A DNA stretch of 32,000 nucleotides from Gemmata obscuriglobus (GTDB lineage: Bacteria; Planctomycetota; Planctomycetia; Gemmatales; Gemmataceae): NCBI RefSeq assembly GCF_008065095.1, contig NZ_CP042911.1:5340001-5372000 (forward strand). Reading direction: 5' to 3'. Within the stretch, counting starts at the first letter, position 1. Each line of letters opens with the position of its first letter. Positions 8,246-16,541 of the stretch are shown one piece after another. The translations under genes and the position numbers were made by a program. Below the pieces are notes generated by a model. The model did no database searches. It worked only from the letters and a program-made list of their open reading frames with translations, and was not told the DNA's origin.

Positions 8246-10528
8246 ATGAGGTTGCTCCCGAGACGCCGGTATCTGGTACTCGCGCTGCTCGTCCTGTTGG
8301 TGGGGGGCGTGGCGCTCGTCGCGGCCCCGCGCAAGAAGGCCCGAAAGAAGAAGAGACCGGCACCGGCGAAGGTCGATTACGCGCAGCAAATTAAACCGAT
8401 CCTGGAAGCCCACTGTTACTCGTGCCACGGGCCGACCCAGCTCAAGGGCGGGCTCCGGCTCGACCGGGCCGCGGAACTCCGCGCCGGCGCAGTAACTCCC
8501 GGTAACTCGGCAAAGAGCCCGCTCGTGGCCGTGCTGACCGGGGCCGACGATCTGCCTCAGATGCCGCCCGATGGCGAGCCACTGAGCGCCGAGCAGATCG
8601 CACTCATCAAGAAGTGGATCGACGAGGGCGCAGAGGTGCCCGACGAACCCGCCCCGGCGCCGTCGCGCGGCCCGGACCACTGGGCGTTCCAGGCGCCGGT
8701 CGCCTCACCGGTCCCCGGCGCGAGCCCGACCGTCAACCCGATCGACGCGTTCCTCACCGCCGGGCGCGAGCGGCGGGGGCTGACGCCCAACCCGCCCGCA
8801 CCGGCCGCTGTGCTGTTGCGCCGCGTGTTCATCGACCTGATCGGCCTGCCGCCGACCCGCGAGGAACTGGCCGCGTTCCTCGCCGACACCGCCGACGGGG
8901 CCTACGAGCGGGTGGTCGACCGGCTCCTGGCGGACCCGCGGTACGGCGAGCGGTGGGCGCGGCACTGGATGGACGTGTGGCGTTACTCCGAAGCCGACGG
9001 GCGCAAGGCGAAGGCCGACATCTGGTGGGGCAACGCGCACGTCTGGCGGTGGCGCGACTGGATCGTGAACTCGCTCAACGGGGACAAGGGCTACGACCGG
9101 ATGGTGCTGGAAATGATCGCCGGGGACGAGGTCGCCCCCGACGACCCCAAGACCACCGCGGCGACCGGGTTCCTGGTCCGCAACTGGTTCAAACTCGACC
9201 GCAACATCTGGCTGAGCAACACGGTCGATCACACCGCCAAGGCGTTCCTCGGACTGTCGATGGGCTGTGCGCGGTGCCACGACCACAAGTTCGACCCGGT
9301 CAGCCAGAAAGAGTACTACCAGTTCCGGGCGTTTTTCGAGCCGCACGACGTGCGAACCGATCCGGTGCCCGGTGAGACCGGCCCGGCGGCCCACGTCGCC
9401 CGCACCTTCGACGCCAAGCCGGACGAGCCCACCTGGCTGTTCGTGCGCGGCGACCCGAAGGTTCCGGACAAGTCGGCCCGCATCACTCCGGGCGCCCCCG
9501 CGGTGCTCGGGACCGTCACGGTCGCCCCACCGGCCGACGGGGCGAAGAGCACCGGGCGCCGGCTGGCACTGGCCCGGTGGATCGGGGACCGGGCCAACCC
9601 GCTCACCGCCCGGGTCGCGGTGAACCACATCTGGATGCGGCACTTCGGCCGCCCGCTGGTGGACAACGTGGCCGACTTCGGCATCCGGACCCCCGCGCCG
9701 GTTCAGCAACCGCTGCTCGACTGGCTGGCCGTTGACTTCATGGAACAGGGGTGGAGCACCAAGCGCCTGCACCGGCTCATCGTGACATCGGCCGCGTACC
9801 GCATGAGTTCGTCGACGAAGGGCGCGCCGGCCGGTAACGTGAGCGCCGACCCGGACAACGCCTTCTACTGGCGGGCGAACCACCGGCGGATGGAGGCCGA
9901 GGTGGTGCGCGACTCGCTCCTGTGGCTGGCCGGCGCGCTGGAGCCGACGGCCGGCGGGCCGCCGGTGGACTCGGCCCGCGGCGCCGAGACCGGGCGCCGC
10001 AGCCTGTACTACCGGTCCTCACGCGAGGACAAAATGGAACTGCTGACGGCGTTCGACGCGCCGAGTGTGGAAGAGTGTTACCGACGTGAGCAGAGCATCG
10101 TTCCCCAACAAGCGCTGGCACTGGAGAACAGCGCGTTCGCGTGGGACCAGGCGCGCCGGATCGCCCGGCGGCTGGAGGGCGCCGCGCCGGCGCCGGCCGC
10201 GTTCGTGACCGCCGCGTTCGAGCACGTCCTCGGGCGCATGCCCACGGCCGCCGAGGCTTCGGCCTGTGAAGCGTTCTTGACCCGCCAGCAGGCGCTCCTG
10301 GCCGACCCAGGCCGGCTGACTCCGCTCCCGCTCCCGCCCGAACCCCCGGCGCCGCTCGATCCCGAAGCGGCCAAGCAACTCGCCGAGCGGGTGCCCGGAT
10401 TACCACTGGTGCTGGGCGACGCAAAACCGTTGCCCGCGGTCGCGCCCGCCGGAGACCCGGCCGCGCAGGCCCGCGAGTACCTAGTCCACGCGCTGCTGAA
10501 CCACAACGATTTCATCACCGTGCGCTGA
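8246..10528 (+). CDS. PSCyt1 (CxxCH) / DUF1549 / DUF1553 family protein
   Basis: N-terminal TM helix, then the heme-binding motif CYSCHGP...KGGLRLD. This is followed by RRVFIDLIGLPPT and GCARCHDHKFDP, which are typical of DUF1549/DUF1553. A DUF1501 gene lies 14 nt downstream. Confidence 0.9.
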   Translation: MRLLPRRRYLVLALLVLLVGGVALVAAPRKKARKKKRPAPAKVDYAQQIKPILEAHCYSCHGPTQLKGGLRLDRAAELRAGAVTPGNSAKSPLVAVLTGADDLPQMPPDGEPLSAEQIALIKKWIDEGAEVPDEPAPAPSRGPDHWAFQAPVASPVPGASPTVNPIDAFLTAGRERRGLTPNPPAPAAVLLRRVFIDLIGLPPTREELAAFLADTADGAYERVVDRLLADPRYGERWARHWMDVWRYSEADGRKAKADIWWGNAHVWRWRDWIVNSLNGDKGYDRMVLEMIAGDEVAPDDPKTTAATGFLVRNWFKLDRNIWLSNTVDHTAKAFLGLSMGCARCHDHKFDPVSQKEYYQFRAFFEPHDVRTDPVPGETGPAAHVARTFDAKPDEPTWLFVRGDPKVPDKSARITPGAPAVLGTVTVAPPADGAKSTGRRLALARWIGDRANPLTARVAVNHIWMRHFGRPLVDNVADFGIRTPAPVQQPLLDWLAVDFMEQGWSTKRLHRLIVTSAAYRMSSSTKGAPAGNVSADPDNAFYWRANHRRMEAEVVRDSLLWLAGALEPTAGGPPVDSARGAETGRRSLYYRSSREDKMELLTAFDAPSVEECYRREQSIVPQQALALENSAFAWDQARRIARRLEGAAPAPAAFVTAAFEHVLGRMPTAAEASACEAFLTRQQALLADPGRLTPLPLPPEPPAPLDPEAAKQLAERVPGLPLVLGDAKPLPAVAPAGDPAAQAREYLVHALLNHNDFITVR

Positions 10529-10542
10529 GCAAGGAGGCCAAC

Positions 10543-12030
10543 ATGCTGCTGCCACACCGCCCGATCGGGCGCAGACGGTTCCTCGCGGACCTCGGCATGG
10601 GGTTCACCGGCGCGGTCCTGGGTGCCATGCTGTTCGAGGACGGCGTCGCCAAGTCCGTACCGGCCGCGGGCGCCGCCGCACCGGCCGCCAAGGCCAAGAA
10701 CGTGATCTGGCTGTTCATGCTCGGCGGGGCCAGCCACCTGGAGACCTTCGACCCGAAGCCCGCGCTGACCAAGTTCGCGGACAAGACGATCGCCGAGACC
10801 CCGTTCGAGCGGACCGTTCGCGACCCGAAGATCACCCGGAACTTCCGCACGTTCGCCGGCGCCGCCCGGCTGGGGACCAAGATCCTGCGCCCCCAGGTCG
10901 GGTTCTCGAAGCGGGGCAAGTGCGGCACCGATGTGTCCGACTGGCTGCCGCACATGGGGGACTGCGCGGACGACCTGGCGGTGGTGCGGTCACTGTGGAC
11001 CACCGATTTTAGCCACGCCGCGCAGGCGCTTGCCCACACCGGCCGGATCATCCTGGACGGCCGGGAGCCGTGCCTCGGCTCGTGGGCGCACTACGGGCTG
11101 GGCACGCTCGACCGCAACCTGCCGAAGTTCGTCGTGATGGGTCGGCCGCCGAGCGACTTCGGCGGGGGCTCCGGGGCGCACCAGGCGAGCTACCTGGGGC
11201 CGGAGCACGACGGCGTGCCCGTCGAGGTGGAGCCGGACCGGGCCGTACCGTACCCGCCGCGCGGCCGGGGGCTGACGCGCGAGGCCCAGCGGGCCGAGTT
11301 CGAACTGGTCGGCGAGTTGAACAACCTCGCCGGGGTCGAATACCCCGACGATCCGTCGCTGCGCGCCCGCATCAAGTCCTACGAACTCGCGTTCCGGATG
11401 CAGTCGGCGTTCCCGGACATCGTGGCGCTGGCCGACGAAACCCGGGAGACGAAGACGCTGTACGGCCTGGACGACCCGGTCACCGCGCCGTTCGGCCGCC
11501 AGTGCCTGGTCGCCCGGCGGCTGGTCGAGCGCGGGGTGCGGTTCGTGCAGATCTATCACGGCGGCGCGGCCGACGACGACAACGGGTTGTGGGACTCGCA
11601 CCAGGAGTTGCGGAAGAACACCGCGGCGCGGTGCCGTGAGGTGGACCGGCCGGTGGGGGCGCTGATCAAGGACCTGAAGCGGCGCGGGATGTTGGACAGC
11701 ACGCTGGTGGTGTGGGCGACCGAGTTCGGACGGACGCCGAACGTCGAGCCGCGCCCGGACGGGGAGGCCGACCGCGAGGAGCTGCGCGGCCGGGACCACC
11801 ACATTTACGGGTTCTCGTCGTGGCTCGCCGGCGGCGGGATCAAGGGCGGCGTGGTCCACGGCGCCACCGACGAACTCGGGTTCCACGCGGTGGAGGACCG
11901 GCACTTCATCGCAGACGTTCACGCGACCGTTCTGCGGCAGCTCGGCCTCGATCCGGAGCGGTTGGAGATCCCCGGCCGCCGCCGGCTGGACCTGGAGCGG
12001 GGCAAACCGATCACCGAAATCATCGCGTGA
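10543..12030 (+). CDS. DUF1501 (sulfatase-like) protein with twin-arginine signal
   Basis: IGRRRFLADLGMGFTGAVLG is a Tat-type signal. The GGASHLETFDPKP and WDSHQ...GRDHH motifs of DUF1501 are present. It is the usual partner of the PSCyt protein. Confidence 0.9.
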   Translation: MLLPHRPIGRRRFLADLGMGFTGAVLGAMLFEDGVAKSVPAAGAAAPAAKAKNVIWLFMLGGASHLETFDPKPALTKFADKTIAETPFERTVRDPKITRNFRTFAGAARLGTKILRPQVGFSKRGKCGTDVSDWLPHMGDCADDLAVVRSLWTTDFSHAAQALAHTGRIILDGREPCLGSWAHYGLGTLDRNLPKFVVMGRPPSDFGGGSGAHQASYLGPEHDGVPVEVEPDRAVPYPPRGRGLTREAQRAEFELVGELNNLAGVEYPDDPSLRARIKSYELAFRMQSAFPDIVALADETRETKTLYGLDDPVTAPFGRQCLVARRLVERGVRFVQIYHGGAADDDNGLWDSHQELRKNTAARCREVDRPVGALIKDLKRRGMLDSTLVVWATEFGRTPNVEPRPDGEADREELRGRDHHIYGFSSWLAGGGIKGGVVHGATDELGFHAVEDRHFIADVHATVLRQLGLDPERLEIPGRRRLDLERGKPITEIIA

Positions 12031-12047
12031 CCCGTTCGCTCGTCGTG

Positions 12048-12093
12048 GTAACGACCGAACGCCGGCCCTTTGGGGCCGGCGTTCGGTCGTTAC
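12048..12093. terminator. perfect 20-bp-stem hairpin between convergent DUF1501 gene and rplU (bidirectional terminator candidate)
   Basis: GTAACGACCGAACGCCGGCC (12048-12067) is the exact complement of 12074-12093, with a 6-nt loop. No U-tract follows on either strand, so its function is inferred from position only. Confidence 0.6.
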
Positions 12094-12124
12094 ACGCGCT
12101 CTTGGTAGTATTCGGTGCGTGTAC

Positions 12125-12505
12125 TCAGCTCGCGGCCGGCGCCGGGGCGGCTTCGGGCCGCGCGGGCTTCGGCTCTTCGGCCGGCGTGGCCTCGCCGGCG
12201 TTCAGGATGTGGGTGATCTTCACCTTCACGTGCGGCTGCGTGTGCCCCTTCAGCCGGCGGGACGCCTTGCGGCGGCGGAGCCGCTGGGTCAGGGTCTTCA
12301 CGCGCGGGAAGTCGATCACTTCCGCCAGCACGCGGGCGCCCTCGACCAGCGGGCGGCCGATGACGGTGTCGGCTCCGGTCGAGAGGAGCAGCACCTTCGG
12401 CAGCTCGAGCCGCTGGCCGAGCTGGGCCTCGCGGAAGTCGATCTTGACCGTCGAACCCGGCTCAACGCGGTACTGCCGCGAGCCGTCTTCAAAGATTGCG
12501 TACAT
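12125..12505 (-). CDS. rplU: 50S ribosomal protein L21 with Ala/Pro/Glu-rich C-terminal extension
   Basis: MYAIFEDGSRQYRVEPGSTVKID...LLLSTGADTVIGRPLVEGA...RRRKASRRLKGHTQPHVKVKITHI is a typical L21 sequence. Confidence 0.9.
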   Translation of the reverse strand: MYAIFEDGSRQYRVEPGSTVKIDFREAQLGQRLELPKVLLLSTGADTVIGRPLVEGARVLAEVIDFPRVKTLTQRLRRRKASRRLKGHTQPHVKVKITHILNAGEATPAEEPKPARPEAAPAPAAS

Positions 12506-12591
12506 CTCAACTCACCTGAATCGTAATTCTCAGCGCATGTGCTGAAGAACTTCAGGATACGGACCGGTGCCCACACCGGCCACCTGCCCGA

Positions 12592-12600
12592 CAGCATAAA
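12592..12600. repeat. left copy of 9-bp target-site duplication CAGCATAAA
   Basis: An identical 9-mer abuts the outer edge of both IS inverted repeats (12592-12600 and 14064-14072). Confidence 0.8.
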
Positions 12601-12622
12601 GGGTGCCCCTCTGGATTTTGGC
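12601..12622. repeat. IS terminal inverted repeat (transposase-distal end)
   Basis: GGGTGCCCCTCTGGATTTTGGC is the exact reverse complement of 14042-14063. Confidence 0.85.
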
Positions 12623-12625
12623 CCG

Positions 12626-13983
12626 TTATTGGTTTTCCCAAAACCCCTTCCACTCCGGCCCCGCTGCTAATGCCCCCAGTTCGACAAACGGTGCCACATG
12701 CCCCAGATTCCATCTCGCCCCAGTTTGTTTCATTCTGATGTTGAGCAATTGCTTAACCGTTCCCTCCACCAACCCGCTTCCAATCGACTGCCCCCGCCGC
12801 AAACGCACCGCATAATTCAACCGCCCCTGTTGGCCACAAAAGTAATTCAATACGCCGCCCAAGGCGGCTCCGTCGCCTCCGGCGGGCATCTGCCCGGTCA
12901 GTTCTCCGATCCAGTCCACCAACCCGGGATATCCGTCTTCCAGCAGCTTCGACTTGCCCCGGACAAACGCCGTCGCGGCTTGGACCCCGGGACCGAACAC
13001 CGCCTTCGCCCCGCTGGCGAGGTACTCCGCCCCATGCCAGAAGTCGAGGACCTGGGTCGCGTCACGGAAGTGCTGCTCGGACACGTTCCACAACCACTCG
13101 GCCCCATCCCCCAGTACCGTCATTTGGCTCGAATCGGTCCACTCCAGTCGCGTGGCCTCGTCGTGACACCGCTTCCCGAACAGGCTCGCCTCCTCCACGG
13201 CCGCGATCACCGACCGCGCCAACGGGGTTGGCAGGTCGCGTCCCTCCCAGTCCATCGCCGTGGTCGGCGCACTTCGCTCGCGCCGGGCAAAAACGGCCAT
13301 CTTGAGATCCCGCCAACCGTCCTCCACAGTGTTGACCTTGCCCGCGTCGATGTGCAACTCGCTGTCCACCGGCCGCTCGGTCCTGGCCGCGGCTTGGGCT
13401 CGGGTGAAGACTTCAGCGGTCGAGCGGTGTTGCCGGGTGGCGGTGGCCTGGGCCGCCGTGGCGTGGCAGAGTTGCCGGATGGTGTTGTCGTCCAATTCCC
13501 AGCCGACCACCTCGGCCAGAGTCACTTCGGCTTTGGCGAAGGACTGTTGGACGCCCAGCAAGACGGCCATCCGACAGGCGCCCGGGGTGACGTAGCCGCT
13601 GAGGCCCAGCCCGCGATCGGCTCCGAACTCGCCTTGCCCGCAAGTGGGGCAGTGGAAATACCTCCGCTCCAGCTCAATCGGACCAACGGCGGTCACAACC
13701 GTTCGGGTGTGCGGTCCTTTGGAGCGCCCGGGGTGCGTCTTCGCGCAGGTGCGGGCGCGCCCCCTTTTTGCTCGTCCTTCTCGATCCGTGAACCCAAGGC
13801 GGCACCGAGTGTGGTCCGCAACAGTTTGCGCCCTTGATCGAGTGCATGCTTCTCGCAGGCGGCCAGGACCGTGCCGTCGGGAGCTTCTTGGGCCAGACGA
13901 TTCAGGTCCGTGAAATAGCCCAGCAGTTGTTCCAAGGCCAACCGTTCGGATTCGGTACTGTATTCTATAGTCAGCGTCGGCAT
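12626..13983 (-). pseudogene. ISKra4-family DDE transposase split over two frames (-1 shift at an A5G5 run; either programmed or inactivating)
   Basis: The N-terminal part starts at ATG 13983 (GGGAGGG RBS): MPTLTIEYSTESERLALEQLLGYF...IEKDEQKGG. This frame stops at 13693. The remainder is in the -1 frame: RTCAKTHPGRSKGPHTRTVVTAVGPIELERRYFHCPTCGQ...DFWHGAEYL...SIGSGLVEGTVKQLLNIRMKQTGARWN...FWENQ, with stop at 12626. The 1358-nt length equals 453 codons minus 1 nt. Confidence 0.75.
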
Positions 13984-14041
13984 CAGTATCCCTCCCAGAT
14001 TGCCACGGCTTCCCCAGCCGGCTCCCATACCGTTCACAAAT

Positions 14042-14063
14042 GCCAAAATCCAGAGGGGCACCC
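14042..14063. repeat. IS terminal inverted repeat (transposase-proximal end)
   Basis: GCCAAAATCCAGAGGGGCACCC is the exact reverse complement of 12601-12622. Confidence 0.85.
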
Positions 14064-14072
14064 CAGCATAAA
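14064..14072. repeat. right copy of 9-bp target-site duplication CAGCATAAA
   Basis: Identical to 12592-12600. Confidence 0.8.
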
Positions 14073-14157
14073 CTACGCTCGACACGATCCGGAAAGTTGT
14101 TATAGCCCGCCGGTTCGGCGGCTTCGGGGGAAGCCCGCCGGTTCGGAGGGGGCACTG

Positions 14158-14688
14158 ATGACGCGGTGCGGTTCGCTGCTGCTGATCGCGGCACTCTCGG
14201 CGGCGGGCGGGTGCGCCTCGTCCGCGAAGTACGTCGAGCGGAGAGGGGGCTCGGGTGTGGTCGCGGTGCCCGACGACTCGGACTCGTGGCCGAATTACAA
14301 CCGGCGGGCGGCGCTCAAGCTGATCGAGCAGGACGCCGGGCCGAACTACGAAATCATCGACCAGCGCACCGTGAAGACCGGGCGCCAAACGCGCAGCTCG
14401 CTACCCGACACCAACGAGACGCTGAACCCGCGGCGCCCGGGCTCGCCGGGCTACCAGTCGTCCACGCACGCGACCTCAATGCCCGAGGCGACCGAGTTCC
14501 GAATCACCTACCGCCGCAAGGACGGGGCGGCGGTCGGCGACGCCGGCGCCGGGGCGCCCGGGGTGGTGCCGGCCGGCGGGGCGGCGCAACCGCGCCCGCA
14601 ACCCGCCGGGGCGGTCCCGGGCGCGATGTCCTCGCCGTTCAACCGCCCGACGGTCACGCCGGCTGGCGGCGCCGCGTGCGACACCTGA
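14158..14688 (+). CDS. putative lipoprotein with Ala/Gly/Pro-rich C-terminal tail
   Basis: This is the in-frame ATG at 14158 within track ORF 13834..14688, preceded by GGAGGGGG. It gives MTRCGSLLLIAALSAAGGCASS (signal peptide plus lipobox-like Cys). The longer ORF would start inside the IS. Confidence 0.65.
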   Translation: MTRCGSLLLIAALSAAGGCASSAKYVERRGGSGVVAVPDDSDSWPNYNRRAALKLIEQDAGPNYEIIDQRTVKTGRQTRSSLPDTNETLNPRRPGSPGYQSSTHATSMPEATEFRITYRRKDGAAVGDAGAGAPGVVPAGGAAQPRPQPAGAVPGAMSSPFNRPTVTPAGGAACDT

Positions 14689-14724
14689 CGGTTCAAATGA
14701 CCGAGCGCGGTCGCGCTCTACGCT

Positions 14725-15759
14725 ATGAACATGAAGGATGATCCCCAACTGCGGCGCGACCCGGTCACCGGGCGGTGGGTCCTGATCGCGCCGCAGCGCG
14801 CCCAGCGGCCCATCAATTTGCCCGGGCACGCGCCGACGCACCGCACCAACGGGGAGCGGCACCCGTGCCCGTTCTGCCCGGGGCAGGAGGCCGACACCCC
14901 GAACGAGGTGTACGCGGTCCGCGACACCGGGACCGCGCCCGACGGTCCCGGCTGGCACCTCCGGATTGTGCCGAACATGTACCCGGCCGTTCGCCCCGAT
15001 GTGGACGCGCCGGCGCCCGCCACGGCGGACCTGTTCGTGACCGCGCCGGCGTTCGGCACTGCCGAGGTGCTCATCGACTGCGCGCAGCACTACGACGACC
15101 CCACACAGCTCAGTGACAAGCAGTTCGCCGACGTGTTCCGGGCGTACCGCGCGCGGATGACGGCACTGGCGGCCGACCCGCGCCTCGCGCACGTGTCGGT
15201 GTTCAAGAACGTGGGCGCGGAGGCGGGGGCGTCACTCGGCCACTTGCACTCGCAGATGATCGCCACCCCGGTGGTGCCCGAACTGTTACGCACGGAACTG
15301 TCCTGCGCCGCCGAGCACTTCGGGCGCACCGGCCGGTGCGTGTTCTGTGCCCTCGTGCGCGACGAACTGGCCGACGGCGCCCGCGTGGTCGCCCGGTCGG
15401 AGCGGTTCGTGATCGTGACCGCGTTCGCACCGCGGTTCGCCTACGAGATGTGGCTCCTGCCGGTCGCGCACGAGCCCCGGTACGAGGCGCTTACCGACTA
15501 CGGAGCGGACGAACTCGCCGCGCTCCTGAAGCGGGTGTTAGTCGCGCTCGACCGCGTTCAGAACGCGCCGGCGTACAACTGGTTCCTTCACACGTCGCCG
15601 CTACGCACCGGTGAGCTACCGCACTACCACTGGCACCTCGAAGTGCTCCCGCGGACCGCCCGCCCGGCCGGTCTGGAGTGGGGCTTCGGGTGCCACATCA
15701 CGACCGTCGCGCCGGAACAGGCCGCGGCCGAGTTACGGGACGCGCTGCCAAAGTCATAA
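14725..15759 (+). CDS. galT: galactose-1-phosphate uridylyltransferase family (HIT superfamily) nucleotidyltransferase
   Basis: DPVTGRWVLIAPQRAQRP, the zinc motif CPFCPGQE, the active-site GHLHSQMIA (HxHxQ) and the second half-domain HWHLEVLPR are all present. Confidence 0.8.
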   Translation: MNMKDDPQLRRDPVTGRWVLIAPQRAQRPINLPGHAPTHRTNGERHPCPFCPGQEADTPNEVYAVRDTGTAPDGPGWHLRIVPNMYPAVRPDVDAPAPATADLFVTAPAFGTAEVLIDCAQHYDDPTQLSDKQFADVFRAYRARMTALAADPRLAHVSVFKNVGAEAGASLGHLHSQMIATPVVPELLRTELSCAAEHFGRTGRCVFCALVRDELADGARVVARSERFVIVTAFAPRFAYEMWLLPVAHEPRYEALTDYGADELAALLKRVLVALDRVQNAPAYNWFLHTSPLRTGELPHYHWHLEVLPRTARPAGLEWGFGCHITTVAPEQAAAELRDALPKS

Positions 15760-15762
15760 GAA

Positions 15763-15869
15763 GAGTAACGGCCGCAAAGAAGCACAAAAGGCTCAAAAGA
15801 GCCAAGGAACAGAGGGCGAACGCGTTCGAATCGCTCGTCTCCTTTTGTGCCTTTTTGCGGCTATTACTC
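15763..15869. repeat. long imperfect inverted repeat (29-nt arms, 49-nt spacer) in the galT-nadD intergenic region
   Basis: GAGTAACGGCCGCAAAGAAGCACAAAAGG (15763-15791) pairs with CCTTTTGTGCCTTTTTGCGGCTATTACTC (15841-15869) with about 4 mismatches. The spacer contains the 12-bp palindrome CGAACGCGTTCG. The region is visibly AT-richer than its surroundings. Confidence 0.5.
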
Positions 15870-15889
15870 CTGTTCTTGATGGCCTGCAT

Positions 15890-16495
15890 ATGCGCATCGG
15901 TATTTTCGGCGGTACGTTCGATCCGGTTCACATGGGCCACCTGATTCTGGCCGAGCAGTGCCGGGCTCAGGCCGGGCTGGATCAGGTGTGGTTCGTGCCG
16001 AGTTACGCACCACCGCATAAGGCGAAGGACATCACGCGGTTCGAGCAGCGCTGCGAGATGATCGAACTGGCGATCGCCGGGCACCCGGCGTTTCAGGTGA
16101 ACCGGATCGAGAAGGAACTGCCGCCGCCGAGCTTCACGGCCAACACGCTTACGGAACTTCACACGCGCCACCCCGGGAACGAGTTCTTCCTGCTGATGGG
16201 GTCGGACTGCCTCCCGGACCTGCCCGGCTGGTACGAGCCGCGTCAGGTCGTAGAGCGGGCCGGGTTGGTCGTGGTGCCGCGCCCCGGCGTGATGCTCTGG
16301 ACGGCGGCCCGACTCGCGCAAGCGATGGGGGTGCCCGAATCGGCGGTGCGGTTGCAGTTCGTGGCGTGTCCGATGATCGAGATCGCGAGCCGCGAGCTGC
16401 GCCGCGCGATCACGGACGGGATGAGCATCCGCTATCTGGTTCCGCGGTCCGTGGAGGAGTACGCCCGCGAGCGCAAACTCTACGCTGCGGTGTGA
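15890..16495 (+). CDS. nadD: nicotinate-nucleotide adenylyltransferase
   Basis: The in-frame ATG at 15890 within track ORF 15611..16495 gives MRIGIFGGTFDPVHMGHLILAE...VWFVPSYAPPHK...LLMGSD, which are the NadD signature motifs. The longer ORF overlaps galT. Confidence 0.9.
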   Translation: MRIGIFGGTFDPVHMGHLILAEQCRAQAGLDQVWFVPSYAPPHKAKDITRFEQRCEMIELAIAGHPAFQVNRIEKELPPPSFTANTLTELHTRHPGNEFFLLMGSDCLPDLPGWYEPRQVVERAGLVVVPRPGVMLWTAARLAQAMGVPESAVRLQFVACPMIEIASRELRRAITDGMSIRYLVPRSVEEYARERKLYAAV

Positions 16496-16541
16496 CGCAG
16501 TGTTCGACAGGACCGTGCGCCCACGTCTGCGGGCACACGGC

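Larger units (their letters stand above)
12601..14063 (-). mobile_element. complete insertion sequence, ISKra4-like, 1463 bp
   Basis: Perfect 22-bp terminal inverted repeats, a 9-bp direct target duplication, and a single transposase reading unit that fills the element. Confidence 0.8.

Noticed and set aside
7957-8394. 145-aa ORF in the long intergenic region, running into the PSCyt gene start
   Set aside because: It overlaps the well-supported PSCyt start at 8246 and has no RBS or motif. Its second half has Arg/Gly/Pro shadow composition.
13834-14157. Upstream part of track ORF 13834..14688
   Set aside because: It would start inside the IS, antisense to the transposase. The signal-peptide/lipobox start at 14158 with a strong RBS is the credible start.
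13984-14194. N-terminal extension of track ORF 12626..14194 beyond the transposase start
   Set aside because: It reads through the IS inverted repeat and target duplication into flanking DNA. The family-typical N-terminus (MPTLTIEY) is in the other frame, starting at 13983.
15824-15832. GTTCGAATC, a tRNA T-loop-like string
   Set aside because: The flanking bases do not form a 5-bp T-stem (ACGCG versus CGCTC), and no acceptor or anticodon arms can be drawn. It is not a tRNA.
15611-15889. N-terminal extension of the nadD ORF
   Set aside because: It overlaps the 3' end of galT and then reads through the palindromic intergenic element. NadD family proteins begin at the MRIGIFGGTFDP motif.
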